Shown here: piece by piece, positions 31,501 through 45,568 of the stretch
Layout: the number at the start of each line of letters is the position of its first letter
Numbering within the stretch: position 1 is the first letter of the stretch
Source: Balanoglossus misakiensis
Lineage: Eukaryota; Animalia; Hemichordata
Reading direction: 5' to 3'
DNA length: 64,000 bases
Assembly: GCA_040954595.2 (NCBI GenBank)
Contig: CM082597.2
Span: 2,962,265 to 3,026,264 of the forward strand
The notes under the pieces: model-generated
The model's input: only the letters and a program-made list of their open reading frames with translations
The model's database searches: none
Told to the model about the DNA's origin: nothing
Program-made: the position numbers and the translations under genes

Positions 31501-34500
31501 TTTCTGCCAGAATATGTTTTCAACAAGAGACAAAAGATGTAGCAATTACCTCTCCCTTCTTCCCACAACCCCCCCCCCCCCCGAAACGCATTTCTTTCAA
31601 ATGTGGTTTAATGGTATACTTAAGTCACAAGGGTACGTACATTGAACAATAACATCGACCGAGGAGCTGCTAGTCTCGCTGGTGCTTCCGTCGTAAAACT
31701 GCGTCATTGCCGCGCAGCTGTAGTCGCCACTCATCCAAGACTTCACGTCTGCGACGACGTACGAGTAGATGGCGTCGCCGCTGGCCGTTCCAACCTCGAA
31801 CGTTCCGCTAGCGTTGGTCTGATGCAAGCTAATCTGGTAAGGAGCTGGGTTTCCACCAGTTGCCATGCATTCTATCGTCAATTCAGAACCTAGCGCCACT
31901 TGCTGCTGTGGTACCATGATATAAACGTCCGATGCATCTATGTCAACAAAGCACGTCAGTCAACTTAGTAAGTGGCAATCAAGTTTCTGCAAATGTATGT
32001 ATGGTCTGTCTGTCTGTCTGTCTGTCTGTACTGTGCATACATACATGCATGTCTGTCTGTACATACATGCATGTATTCATCTTTGTCCGTTTGAGTTTCC
32101 AGTATTGTGGTTGTACTTACATTCAACAACCAATTCAAGACTCTTCTCAGTCACCATCGTGGTATTATCGAACAGAAGGTTGGTCGCCATGCACGCAAAG
32201 GAACCTGCATCTGTTTTGGCGGCGTTTCCAATGGTGTAACTTGCCCCGTCGTAAATTTTCTGTCCGTCCCTATACCAGTCCACGTCGGAAGCCAATGGGT
32301 TGGCATCTACCACACAATTCAGGGTGACGAGCTCGCCTTCTTTGGCGCGTACTACATCACTGGCAAACGTGATTTCTGGACCATCTGTAGTGAAGACGCA
32401 AACATGTGATACTAATAACTAAAAACCTAGGGGTGCAATTGTATGGTGCTTTATGACAAGTCAAGGTAAAATAAGCGATACCAATATGGCATTTTCAATA
32501 TGCATCGTTATCTACTCGAGAACCAGCATAGTGATATAATAAAATTGACGTCCATATTGATAGGTCAATATGAAAAAAATCACCATCTTATTAGGTTGGC
32601 GTGAATAAACTCTAAGTGTAAGCAATGTGAAGTTGTCTAGGTGAGCATGCTTACATTGTACGTCCAGGTCCACGTCGGCACTTCCGGTTCCTTGTGAATT
32701 GTCATAGAAAGTGTTGGTAGCCATGCACGTGTGGATACCGTTGTACTCCCGGGTGACATTAGGCAATGTCTGGATTGGTACTGGTATAACAGTCCCGTCA
32801 TTGAGGTGCCACGTGATGTTGGCGGCCATCGGATTGGCTTCGAGCAGGGTACAGTTCAGTGTCAAACTATCGCCTTCCTTGATCACTGCTGCGGGCGCTG
32901 TATAGACCATAGGAGGGTCTTATGGGAGAAACCAGACTCAAACAGTCAAAATCGTGACCATCAACCAAATGAGTCAACCACATAGGAGTACTATGATATA
33001 ACCACAGCATTTATGCTAAACATAAACTTACTACCACAAGAAACGTCAATTCAAAGGTAAAATCACATCTTTCCCATCGGTTACATCATCACTGACCTGT
33101 CCATGAGGGACTGTGACCTGTCGTTCACTTGTTTGAAGTGAACTGACCAATAGCAAACAACTTAAGAAACAGCTGTAGAATGCCTAAGTAAAAAAACTTC
33201 ATTGCGCCACCATTCCATATTTTGTAGGTCTACTCCCATTCACAATAAAACTGCATATGTGATTATTTTATCCTAGACACATAACAGAAGACACTCACAT
33301 TGTACATCTAGGTCCACGTCGGCACTTCCGGTTCCGTTTGTATTATCATAGAAAGTGTTGGTAGCCATGCACGTGTGGTGACCTGTGTATATACGCGTGA
33401 CGTCATCCAATTTTTGGATTGGCCCTGATATAACAGTTCCATCGTTGAGGTGCCATGTGATGACGGCGTCCATTGGATTGGCATCGAGCAGGGTGCAATT
33501 CAGTGTCAAACTCTCGCCTTCCTTGATCGCCGCCGAGGGAGGAGTATAGACCAATGGCTCGTCTGTTGAACAAGTATGTCAAGTTTAATGGACGCCCGAC
33601 TTAAATTTGTCTTCCTAATCCCCAGGATGGTCATCCCTTTCCATTGTTAAATAAATCCTTACATCATGACCACATGCCCGGCCCCCTTTTTTTATTGTAA
33701 ATGAGATACATATTGTGATGATCTGGAAATTGGTCTTTTACATATCGTTTGTTACTAAACAGGAAACTTAAATGTCTCTCTCTATGATACACAAACAAGG
33801 AAACTGAAACATTGTCACAAATGAAGGCACCGTCTCTCGAAGTAATTATTCACACTTACATTGTACATCCAGGTCCACGTTGGCACTTCCCGTTCCGTTT
33901 GTATTATCATAGAAGGTGTTGGTAGCCATACACGTGTGGATACCGTTATACTCCCGCGTGACATTAGGCAATGTCTGGATTGGTCCTGGTATAACAGCAC
34001 CGTCATTGAGGTGCCACGTGATGTCGCCTGTCATCGGATTGGCTTCGAGCAGTGTACAGTTCAGTGTCAAACTATCACCTTCTTTGATCACTGCTTCGGG
34101 TGCTGTATAGACCATAGGAGGGTCTTATGGGAGAGAACCAGATATACAATGTTTATGTGTGACACAAATCGTGTAGATGGCGGTCATTAACCAAATGATT
34201 CAACCACGTGGGTAACTACCACAAGGATCGACAGTTTAACATTAAATCATATAATTTCCATGGGTTATATCATTATCACACGTTTTGTATACATGTTTGA
34301 AGAGTGGCATTGACAAGATACCTGACCAGTCACAAACTACTTATAAAACCGCTTTGGGGCCCCAAATATTACATTGGACCACATTCTGCATTTTACTGTC
34401 ATTTATAAATTGCAGACAAAATTGAGAATGTGATTATTTTTATCAAAGATACATGACAGAATGCTGTGTGCTCGGTTTGGTCCTCGTGTATAACGGGTCT

Positions 34501-37500
34501 CAGATACAAATTATGCACTCACATTGTACATCCAGGTCCACGACGGCACTTCCGGTTCCGTTTGTATTATCATAGAAAGTGTTGGTAGCCATACACGTGT
34601 GGAGACCTGTGTATATACGCGAGACGTCATCCAACATCTGGATTGGTCTTGGTATAACAGTTCCGTCATTGAGGTGCCAATTGATGTTGGCGGTCATCGG
34701 ATTGGCTTCGAGGAGGGTACAGTTCAGTGTCAAACTATCGCCTTCCTTGATGATTGCTGCGGGCGCTGTAACGACGACTGGCTCATCTGTGGACAAAGTG
34801 TGTCAAGTTTAATGCATGTCCGGTTTTGTCTTTTTTACCCCCAAGGTGATCACCCCTTACCACTGCGCAATGCATTAATTGTTCCCATATGATCGCATGC
34901 CTAGGGCCAATTTAGATCTTGAATGTTATACATGGAGTGATGAAATCTGAAATTTGGTCGTTATCAAATCGTTTGTCAGCAATTGGAAACAGGTAACGTA
35001 ATGTCTCTGATACAAAAAACAAAACACAGGAAAATTGTCACAAATGAAAGCATCGTCTCTAGACTGCATATAAATGAAGATGGAGGCAATTATTCATACT
35101 TACATTGTACATCTAGGTCCACGTCGGCACTTCCAGTTCCGTTTGTATTATCATAGAAAGTGTTGGTTGCCATACACGTGTGGAGACCTGTGTATATACG
35201 TGTGACGCCATCCAATGTCTGGATTGGCCCTGGTATAACAGTTCCATCGTTGAGATGCCAGGAGATGTCGGCGTCCATAGGGTTGGCATCCAGCAGGGTG
35301 CAATTCAGTGTCAAACTCTCGCCTTCTTTGATCACTGCCTCGGGCGCTGTATAGACTTCTGGCTCGTCTGTTGACAAACGTTTCAAGTTCAGTCGACGTG
35401 AGTTTGTGTCTATGATCAGTTCGGTCTCCAAAAACGTATCAACTAGCTACCCCCCATGTAATATGATGGCATTGCATACCGAGTCGACAGTAAAGACAAT
35501 GATATGAAAACCCTGCACTTACATTGTACATCAACCATGATGGCATCCATTTGAGAAACACTACTACCATCCCAGAATTCACTGCTAGCTTGGCAAGTAT
35601 AGTTTCCGGTGTCTGCCCTAGTGGTACTGTCAATATGCAACAGGCTGCCCTCAACGTTCCCATCAGTTGTCATCCACATGAACGCCGGAGTCGGGTTCCC
35701 GTTGGCCATGCACGTGGCGTTGTATGAGTTTCCCTCGATGACCTTGCCACCGCTATCTCGACCTTCTTCAATCGTGACCCCGTCCAAATCTGTAAGTGTT
35801 ATGGATTAAACAAAACAAGAGATTGGATACTGAGGAGGAATAATTGGCCACTATAAGTAGCACAGGGAACAACCGACAAATAAAAAAATATACGAAGGCC
35901 TGCAGCCAAACTCAGATACTCAATCCGCAATCATTATTTAGAAATACTGAAGCTTTACTACAAATATACAATGTCGTTTGGGGCCTCTGCAACATCTACC
36001 ATTAAAGTGGAGGCAAGAAGCAACAAACTCACACTGAACATCCATTGTGACCATTGCACTTCCGGTGCCTGTTCTACCATCATAAAACGTGTTATTAGCG
36101 CTGCACATGTAAACGCCCGCATCCTCCCTTCCGATGCTGGCAAACTCCAGCGTCTCGCTGTTTTCTACAATGGCGCCATCTTCGTCCGACCAAGCAATGG
36201 CGTCCACGTCTGGATAAGCTTCATCCACGTGGCAAGTTGCAGTCACCATTTTTCCTTCAATTGCTGTGCCGTTAGCATGAGCTTCGCCATCAACGATGGC
36301 AGAAACAACTGGTCTATCTAAAAACAGTAAAGAAAATCGAAATTTGATGACAAGATAGAATACAATGCAGTACATCAGTGTCATTGGGAAAAATTATAAG
36401 CTCACTTACATTGTACAATAATTGCAATTTCTTCTTCACAAGTCAACAATGCTGACTGCTCTTCGCTGAGGGACCGGTGTTCTAATCTGCAATCAAACTT
36501 GGTACCATTCTCGGTCTTGTCGAGAGTTGTGGTGAGGGTGTTTATCATTCCGGTCACCCTCTGCAACTCAACGCCGTTCTTATACCAAACCAAATCGCCA
36601 AATGATGACAGCATACACTCAAGAGTGATCTCCTCGTCTACAATCGTTGTGTAGCCAGGTTGTACGCTGCACTCTGGTCCATTTTCTATGCGGGTAAACA
36701 CATGGTTACATTAATTCAACTGAGAAATGGTGTAGTGTTATTTAATGTTTCCACGTGTGAGATCGCTTCTTAGTTTTGAATAGTGTTCTAGGAAGTGATG
36801 ACAAAGAGCAAAGAGATGAGTAACACTGGTAGCTTAGGATAAGAGTGACGAAGAGTACTTCGGACCTTTAACTGTCTAACCTTTTTAATAATACAAGTAA
36901 GTGTCATGTTCTTACCGATTACAGAGAGGTTGGCTTTGGCGGAAATTGATGAGTCGAAGAAGTCCTCACACGAGTAGAGATCAGACAGATCCGGTGTCGC
37001 TCTCAACAGTTTCAAGTGAAACTCATACTGGGTGTCGTCACCAACAATTTCGTAGACGTCACTATCGTCCGCGTTGCGATCCAGGGATATCCTAGTAGTT
37101 CCTTTCATCCACACCACCGGCGAGGGCGCATTCACGAAAGAGCAGTTGAGCTGGACAGAGTCGTTAGTGTAGGCAAACGTGTCAATAGGTCGCTCCTTGA
37201 AAACATCTTGGGTGGCTATTTTTTGAAAGAACAGACAGATAAAATGTTATAAGCAAAAATCTATGCACAAGAAATACGTGGAAGTGAAAGTTGAGTGAAA
37301 GTCAATCTTCTCGAGACTGAAAGTGGAAGCCACTTGATATTAAATTTATCGACCTTGGTCGTTCACAGTTGATTACACAGTTTTAATGTAGGCTGGTGTG
37401 TTTTAAAGGGATGAAGGTTAGTGTAGAATCCAAACTCGTGTGGACTTTTTCGCTATGGTCCACACATGTTGAGCGTAACGAAAAACACACGCGGGTCTGG

Positions 37501-39174
37501 ATTCTAGACTAAATAAAAGCATGCAACAGGGACTTCCTATAGTGGCTCCGTGTGTTTTTGAGGCTTCACAGATATCTTTAGACGCATTACAATACACAAC
37601 TGGTTAAAAGGGTTGAGTTTCTCGATAAGAAATATTTTATAATTAGAAAGGACGATTTGCATGGTGCTTGAAAAAAAACAGCGATGAAAATGACTCATCA
37701 GTTTCTGCGGGTGTCACCCGCTGACACGGTGACGTCATGTTCGATGATAAAGTTCCTTGCTACAAGCTTTTACATAAAATCTGGGCAAATCAAACACATA
37801 CTTTTCTTTTCGAAAAAGAATTGCTGAGAGACGGCCAAATTCGTGAAAACGCCACATTTTGTTGAGACCCGCTCAAAATTATTTTGGCCAGACCTTGCAG
37901 TATGGCCAATAACGCATGGTGAGACTAACACCAACGGTGATGATATAAGATATCCAAGATTATGTAAGCATTCCCCTTACGAATTCGATTAATGTCCGGA
38001 CTTTGGACTGCAGTCACATTTTTACGATTTTTAAACACAAAAGAAGTGATAGAGTTACGATTCGCGTGGAATATTAAACAAATTCCATCCAAAAGTCGAA
38101 GGCTTGGTGTATATCTCACAACTTCAAGTAAATTTAGTCTACAGAGCACCGCCTGTTTGCGTAAACGACTATGAATGAAAACGTTAAATTCGGGAGCAGT
38201 TGTAAAGGCAGTTGTTGAGATAAGGATTGTAGGCCGCCGGTTAAGTAATCCAACACATCGGTGAAGATCGATCGACTGATTGGAGAAGTGTGCACCTGTG
38301 CGTGGACATTTCTTGAATTTCTGCGTAGGGGACCTGTTGATTGCATTGTGCACCGAAGAAAATCATTAAGTTGTACGCGAGATAGATAAGTTTGAAAGTC
38401 TTCTGTGAATAGTTACACATGGTTCAGTCTTGCTTGTGTTTAGTCTACTGTGTCCCTTGCGATTACTGGCGCTGTGTTAGTCCGGTAAGCTCATCAAAAG
38501 AGACGAAGAACTCGACTGACAAGCGTTTATGATCTGAAAACATGGATCCTGTACGAACGTGAAAACTAGGTTGCATTTTGCAGCTGTGAATTCTGCAAAG
38601 GAGTGAGAGGAACCGCTACTGTTCGCTCGAGATCCACAGAGCTTTGTTCAGCTACCCTTCAATTGAAATTCTTATTAAACTGTTGAAAATACAATGTGAG
38701 GAAAGCATACCGCTCGGATACGACAGTGGAGTATTCATTTTGAGGCACTGGATGCCAGATTGTAAGAAATATACTTTAAGTTGCATATGTTCGACAAGTG
38801 CGTTTTGGTGTTGGAGTCAAGGAAAATGATGCCATTCCCCAAGAAAACCTAGCAAAATACATGTATATAACTTTGAGAAGGTGGCGGGGAGTTGAGGAGA
38901 GGGGAAGGGACTCTGGAATTTGAAGGAGGGGAGAGGCGTGTACGCACAGACGCAGATTTACAAAGAATGTCTCCTCAGTATATAACTGAACAAATTAAGC
39001 AAATCTCCATGCTTCAATAATTGTATCCAGGATACTATAAGACACCAATAATTGTACAATGAGTTATTAAGCAGGTATGACTGAAGAATCTGTTTTGAAA
39101 AGTCTCCTACCTCCAGGCCGACCTAGCAACACAACGACGCCCAGAAGCAGGAGGCAGGCGAATAGTTTATCCAT
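28503..39174 (-). CDS. Type I membrane Ig-superfamily receptor A: signal peptide, 12 Ig domains (V plus 11 C2/I-type), TM, cytoplasmic tail; last exons uncertain
   Basis: Signal exon 39174-39111 (MDKLFACLLLLGVVVLLGRPG); Ig exons approx. 37215-36917, 36685-36409, 36318-36033, 35788-35524, 35368-35104, 34787-34523, 34124-33860, 33563-33299, 32918-32655, 32385-32121, 31937-31641, 31311-31030; TM 30793-30656 (AIAGIAIAVIVVITVLVIVSILCCC); tail 30348-30321, 30101-30020, 29819-29699, optional 28982-28937, probable last exon 28595-28503 (..TTEAAWV*). Confidence 0.87.
29882..29983. repeat. (ATAC)n microsatellite, intronic
   Basis: About 25 copies read directly. Confidence 0.95.
32655..35400 (-). repeat. 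Five recently duplicated, highly similar Ig exons with partly duplicated introns within receptor A
   Basis: Each exon encodes ..IKEG[DE]SLTLNCTLL[ED]ANPM..WHLNDG..HTCMATNTFYDN..GTGSA.VDLDVQ. Intron segments also recur (e.g. AAGTGTGTCAAGTTTAATG at ~33572 and ~34797; TCTTATGGGAGA at ~32918 and ~34124). Confidence 0.93.
37398..37512. mobile_element. Short MITE-like element in intron 1 of receptor A; a related partial copy lies at ~60510-60570
   Basis: Termini TTAGTGTAGAATCCA ... TGGATTCTAGACTAA are near-perfect inverted repeats (left end at ~37418). The sequence ..ACACAC..GGATTCTAGACTA recurs at ~60543-60568. Confidence 0.55.
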
Positions 39175-42054
39175 CGTCGACTTTTCTCACACAGAGTTTC
39201 CTATCTCAGACCTCTGCAGCAGTCCTGTTGGCCGATGGGTGTCTCAGCGAAGACTGACGCACCAAGGCCGGGCTGATATTGCGGTGAATTAGACTCGGCT
39301 CAAATTCACGTGGTGCTCCCAGATGCTGTGTGCGAGGGAACGTGACTGACAGGGTCACTGACCAATTCCTGAAGTTAATAAATAATTTCGGGATTAATAT
39401 CTTGGTGACCATGGCGTGGAGGGCTGAGATGTACCCGTGAATAACTTGGTAACGCAGTATTCATGAATGGAAAATCATGATTCTTAGACAAACTGCTTTA
39501 ATTTATAATTGGACAAAATGCATTTGTATTCTTCATTAACCAAGTTTGAATTAATCTGGTAAAACGCCAATATTCACCACGGACAAGATTACAGGTCGAT
39601 TCATTAGCGTTTGGCTATTTTTTTCCATTCTTGCTCTTTGTAGATGTATATCCGAGTCGACAACAGTATACATGCATTGCGTGAGTCCCTTGGTCTCGGA
39701 AAGAATATCCAATTTTTAGCTTTAGTGAGAATTGTCACTGGTGAAAACGAAGTTTACGACCAAAACTATATGATGGTTAGATTGGCACGCGGCTTATTTG
39801 TGTATGAGAAAACATACTTAACGCAGTTAGCTAATATTTGGTAAAATTAAATAGGGCTATCGTGGGTGAATTTATGACGGGGCGGTGTGTTTGGATCTGC
39901 ATTTTCCACTTTGTTTTCATTACTGTTTTCACGGCCCTTGCACGAGCGGTTGATGCATCAGTAAATTCAGTAATTAATCCTCGCTTTCCTAAATTGAATA
40001 CTTTGTTCGATCGGCTCATGCGTAACGGAATCCCGATGGGCAAACAGGGTCGAGAAGTCGACAGAGGCAACTTTACTACCACCAGAATCGAAAAAACAGG
40101 TTTGTGAAAAAATGTACAACACAGCAAAATAATTTTAGGCCCACGGAAGGTGAGGTGGAGCAATGCAAAACGGTTGTAAAAGGACTGCTCGATAACCATT
40201 TTGGCTTAGGTACATTTGTAAGTTGACACTGTTCCATTGTCCTCTGTACTACCTCGGTGTGTTTGCTCACATTTCTGTTTACAGTTATTGTATAATTCAG
40301 ACACCAAACGCTAGTCACACCAAATACACGTGGTAGCAGCAAGAAGTCAAACAGAACTTGCCTAATCTCTGACATGAATGTGTTTCAAAACCAAACAGGG
40401 CGTATTTGGGTTCGAAGTCCATAAAACGCCGTTCGTCCTCGGCGCTGGCTATTAACCCCGGTACGCGCAGCCTACTCCGTGCTCCACACATTGTTAACGG
40501 GAGGGACCCCGCAGAGTCGATCCCTTCATTACTCGCTCCGCCACACCGGACAACTGTTTATTGTTGCTTCGAGAAAGCGATCTGCTTCACCGAAGAGTCT
40601 TATACTAAAATAACGCACACAGGCCAGGACTGCTCGCAGGCCAATTACTGCCATCGCGGACCACAAAGCAACGTCATGACTATCAGTTGGCCACGCCCGC
40701 GTCAATGATAGTTATGTTGTACTTTGCAGCCACACTATTCCCTAAAAACAAAGCGATATGTCACGATTTTCCGAGGGGGAATGGATCAATGCCACCATGA
40801 AATAAGCACCAGTAGAACCATACCAAGCAATTAAACATTCAGGTGGTAATAATTAGATTTCTCGCACAGGTGTTGTGTGTGATGTTGTTTCATAACCAGC
40901 CGTACACCTAACGTATTTCCAACGTGAACGCCAGTGTAATGTTTGACCTCTGGACCTCGGCGCAAGAAGCAAAAGTTCCACACGGATATGCCGGAATTAG
41001 TGGCCGGCGTATCTTGTTCCGGGTCACCTGTGATTGTGTCACGGTGGCCAGCCTTTGACTTTTCGGCATAATCACACAATGAATAGATAATGCACGATTC
41101 TGAGAAACCGATTTGTGAAAATAGCTTAATGTTCCAGATGGTCATGACACCCCCAAATTTGCTCGGACCTACTTTGCAACATAATAGAGCTGTAGGGAAA
41201 ATACTAGTACCGATGAGACGAGTGTTTGTGTGGTAACGCACCCACCCACGCACCAGCACCAACCCATCCATGCACGCAAATAAAGCATGTGTGTTCGACT
41301 GTTTAATAACGAGGCTCGATAAGTTGCGCAATGTAACAACTTATAGGTATTGATTATAACACAGTTGTATCTATCTTTGACCAATGTGCATGTTCTGCTA
41401 TTTCTTTGTTTATTTATTGTGTTTATATTCGGATTTATGACAGGTTACCATCCCTCAAACACATATAGGCAGCCTGATTGGTTTTCGGTGACGCACAGAT
41501 ATTTTACATTTTATGGTGAATGTGACCAGAGCAGGCTCTTACATACCACCGATAATAAAACGACATTATCGAAATGACTGAGAGCAGTCTTGGTAATAAT
41601 GTGATGCAACAGAGTAAACAACGCATCACTGTGAACCGTCCAACATAAAATATGGCTCAAAGACCAACAACAGAGTTACCATCATGAGCAATGCCAGTTT
41701 GATTTTCAACCTCTGGTGATAATTATGCAAAGGTTGCCTAATGTAAGGGCGGCAGAAAGTAAAGGCCGTGAGCGTTCCTGCATTGATGAAATCCTACTCT
41801 ACTTTGGCTAGCGCCACCACAGCTTACAGTACACGATATAGCCTTCCCCAGGCTCGTACTGTCATGGCCGATTGATCACAGCTGTGATTGGGTCGACATT
41901 GACGGCTATGCCATCAGTCAAAACTTCAATGAACGGTGTCTACAGACGATAAGTACCTAATAGACTACCACTGCCACTAATTGACGTCATAGGTGACGTC
42001 TTGACCAAGACCCGAGCGTGGAAATTCTCAAAGAGTCACAAGATCAAGTCTAAG

Positions 42055-45000
42055 ATGGCAAGGCGAATCCATAACAATCAGCAGAAACACCGACTTTCAT
42101 CGGGGATGCTCCTATTTTCAGGTACGTTAACTTGACATCGGTTTCTTAGTTCTTTGTGGAATAGCCAATCTTGATTTTTAAGGTTAGTGAACGACATAAA
42201 TATCGAACGACGCAAAAAGGCGACCTGACTCGTTTCCCGCTGTGAATTTACAGCTCACTCGGTCTATGATGATTAGACAGCACTTTCACGAAATTGGTGT
42301 CCAAACCACAATTTATATATGGTCGTTTACTGTCTCACAGTAACAGAGGATTATCTTGTTCCCAAAACCTGAAATATTTTCTTATATCTGTGAAAAACTA
42401 CAGTTTAAATTATTAACACGAAATTATGTGAAGACTGTGTTGTTTGAAACAGCATCAACGACAAAAGACGTTATATTTATGAAATGTATACAACATTCCA
42501 TAGTGACACACGTCATTTTAGTTTCAGGATGGAGTATTGTGTTATATCAACTAGTAAATATATCTCTGTGGGACGTGGCAAAACTAAAAGCGACCAAGTG
42601 GGAAATAGTATGGTTTTATGAACTTATTATAATCCTATGTATATCTTCACATCAGAAAATGACTGAAACTGCTCTACTCACAAAATCAAGACAGAATCTT
42701 CCCTAGTGAGACCTACAATTATTTGTGTGTATTTTCCTGCATTTCTTTTCAGTTACTGTGTCACTTTTGGCCTTGTCGTCTGCCAATGGCGACGGAGACA
42801 TATTCAGAGAAAGGCCAACTGACACGCTAGTTCTCCTGGGTGATGACGTGCAATTAAACTGCAGCTTCAACACACCGCTTGCTTCGAGTACATGGGTTAA
42901 AGGTCAGAGAAGGGAATCCATTTCCATTGACAGGCATGTGAGTGACAGTAATAAATACGATCTTGGAAGAGACTACAATCTCCTTATTCTTAATACGACA
43001 TTGGAATCGTCGGGTGTCTATTCGTGTGAAGATATGTCCAATAACCAAACTGCAGCCAGAGCCAATCTCTATGTGATAGGTAAGACGTGAATCCAACAAA
43101 TATTTTTCGCATACACTATGTATGGATGGATGTGAATAATTGTACAAACCAAATCTTATAATCACATTTACTCAAAATTGTGCAGATGAAAATTCTATTT
43201 CTTGGCACTTCGATTGGCCCTTTGGTAATGTTTGTTATCACGTATTCCCTACGGTGACTCGACAACATAAAAACTCTCCAAAGTGGCCAGCAAACAATTA
43301 ACGTTGAAAATTGGACAAAGTTGCCGGGTTGATACCCCTACCACTCAAGTTGTATGCTCTTTCAGCCAGTGGACCAAACTGTTCCGCCGACCCCGGCTAC
43401 ACCGTGGTTGCCGGTGAGAATACGACGTTGATCTGCAGGCTGGACTTGGATGCCAACTTTCCTGGAGATCTCGTCTGGTTTATGAACGGCCAGGAGGTTT
43501 CTCGCGAGACCGGTACATTGAATGCCTGGACGACTACGTTTGCCAGAGAGGATGACGGCGCCGCTCTGAACTGTCGGCTGGAACACGACACGCTACCTGA
43601 AGACCACTGGGACATTTTGAATTGTGGTGAAGACATCGTAATTGATGTACAATGTAAGCCCCCCTTGTTATCGGTGAAAGTGACCACCATGACTGATATG
43701 AGTTAACTAGTTGTGAGTGTTGTTTGTATGATGATTATTAGAAAGGAGGTAACTCAGGGAAAGGAGGCAGTCGAACTTGAAAACAGACTGTGTTAATTTC
43801 TACTTCTTCTTGTCAGATTTCGATGGCATATCTGTTCACGAGATTAACAACCAGAAAGTGATCGAGGGGCAAACGTATAAGGTCAACTGTACAGCCCCAG
43901 CAAACCCACCGGCTGACGTATTTTGGATTTTTGTCGATGGTGTCACGGTCCATGGCCCCTATCTCACCATTGAAAACATCAGTAGAAACGACAGACGTTC
44001 CCATCATCCAATGTGCAGTGTTCGCAATGAATTCTGGGATGGCACGGTAAATACTGACCATGTCATCCTAGACATTGACGTCCAATGTAAGTACACATAC
44101 CATTTAGGTTATTAATTTGCATATATGACCAAAGTAGCTTCCACAACCACCATCTTTTTAATGCCAGCAGACGAGATATGGTCGCGGCTTGGCTAAAATT
44201 ATGCACGTATATCAACAACAACAACAATATATGTCGACATATTTACAGATGCACCCGAACTACAGCTGCAAACCATCGGCGACACTGGCAACAAATGGGT
44301 AACCAACGAAGGCGACTCACTGTCCGTTGAATGCGTGGCCAGGGCCGCCAACCCTGCCATCGACGCCGTGTTTTGGACAGATAAACAAAATTCCGTCGTC
44401 GAACATGGGCGGGTGATTCATTTCGATTCAACGACTCGACAGCGGATCGGGAACTACACGTGTACGGCGGAGAATACGTTTTGGGATGGAACCAAAGGTG
44501 TCGCATCAATTGGCATGGACGTCAATGTTCATTGTAAGTTCTCTTTGGATAACACATACTAGCATTCCTGAGAAGACTCACATGCTTATTTCAGGCGAAA
44601 CGTCATACAAGATAGAGAAAATACAAAATTACTTGGGATGTTGTTATGTTGCTTTTCTCTTTGGTTGAATGTTTGCTCCACAATATTTTTTGTTTCCATA
44701 ACAACGATGTCAGATTGGGACGGAATAACTATTCAAGATGTCAGCGGCCGAAGGGTCATAGAAGGTCAGACGTACCGCGCCAACTGCACGGCTTCGTCAA
44801 ATCCACCAGCTCGGGTATTTTGGATATTTCTAGACGGCAAGATAACAAACGGTTTCCAATTGGCGGTCGAGAATGTCGACAGGATAAACACGGTATTGAA
44901 ACAGCCAACATGTATGGCTGTGAACAGGTTTTGGGATGGGACAACCAACAACGCATACCACTCTGTAGATATTGACGTCCAGTGTAAGTACAAGTTTCAA

Positions 45001-45497
45001 GGCGGTATCAAACTTCCATGGAAACAGGCAAACGAACAGACAGCCATCAAGAGGTAGATGACAGAACGACGCGCTAACGGCTGAATAGTACATGTACAAA
45101 TATAGACAGACAGACAGACAGACAGGCGGACTGACAGACAGATGGAAATACTACTAATAATACATGTAATTTCAAATTTCAGATTGGGATAGCGTTACTG
45201 TTCAAGACAAAAGTGGCCACAAAGTTATCGAAGGACAAACCTACCACGCTAACTGCACAGCGTCATCCAACCCTGCAGCAGGCATCTTCTGGGTGTTTCT
45301 AAATGGCGTGATAAAGTTCGGCCCAGATGTGGTTGTGAGAAATGTCACACGCGGTAGTCAAGACGCGCTCCAAATCACTTGTATTGCAGGAAATCAATTC
45401 TGGGACGGAACAAGAAACAATGGACACGTCATAATAAATCTAGATGTCCAATGTGAGTATTCTAGTACGGATGGGATGCTGCTGATGATTATAGCGT

Positions 45498-45568
<71 letters not shown>

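Noticed and set aside
32711-35374. Repeated plus-strand ORFs (MLVAIHVW...)
   Set aside because: Antisense shadows of the duplicated Ig exons on the minus strand.
39600-41600. Short ORFs between receptors A and B (e.g. 40831-41331)
   Set aside because: No recognisable domain, no consistent exon chain; likely non-coding or decayed repeat sequence.
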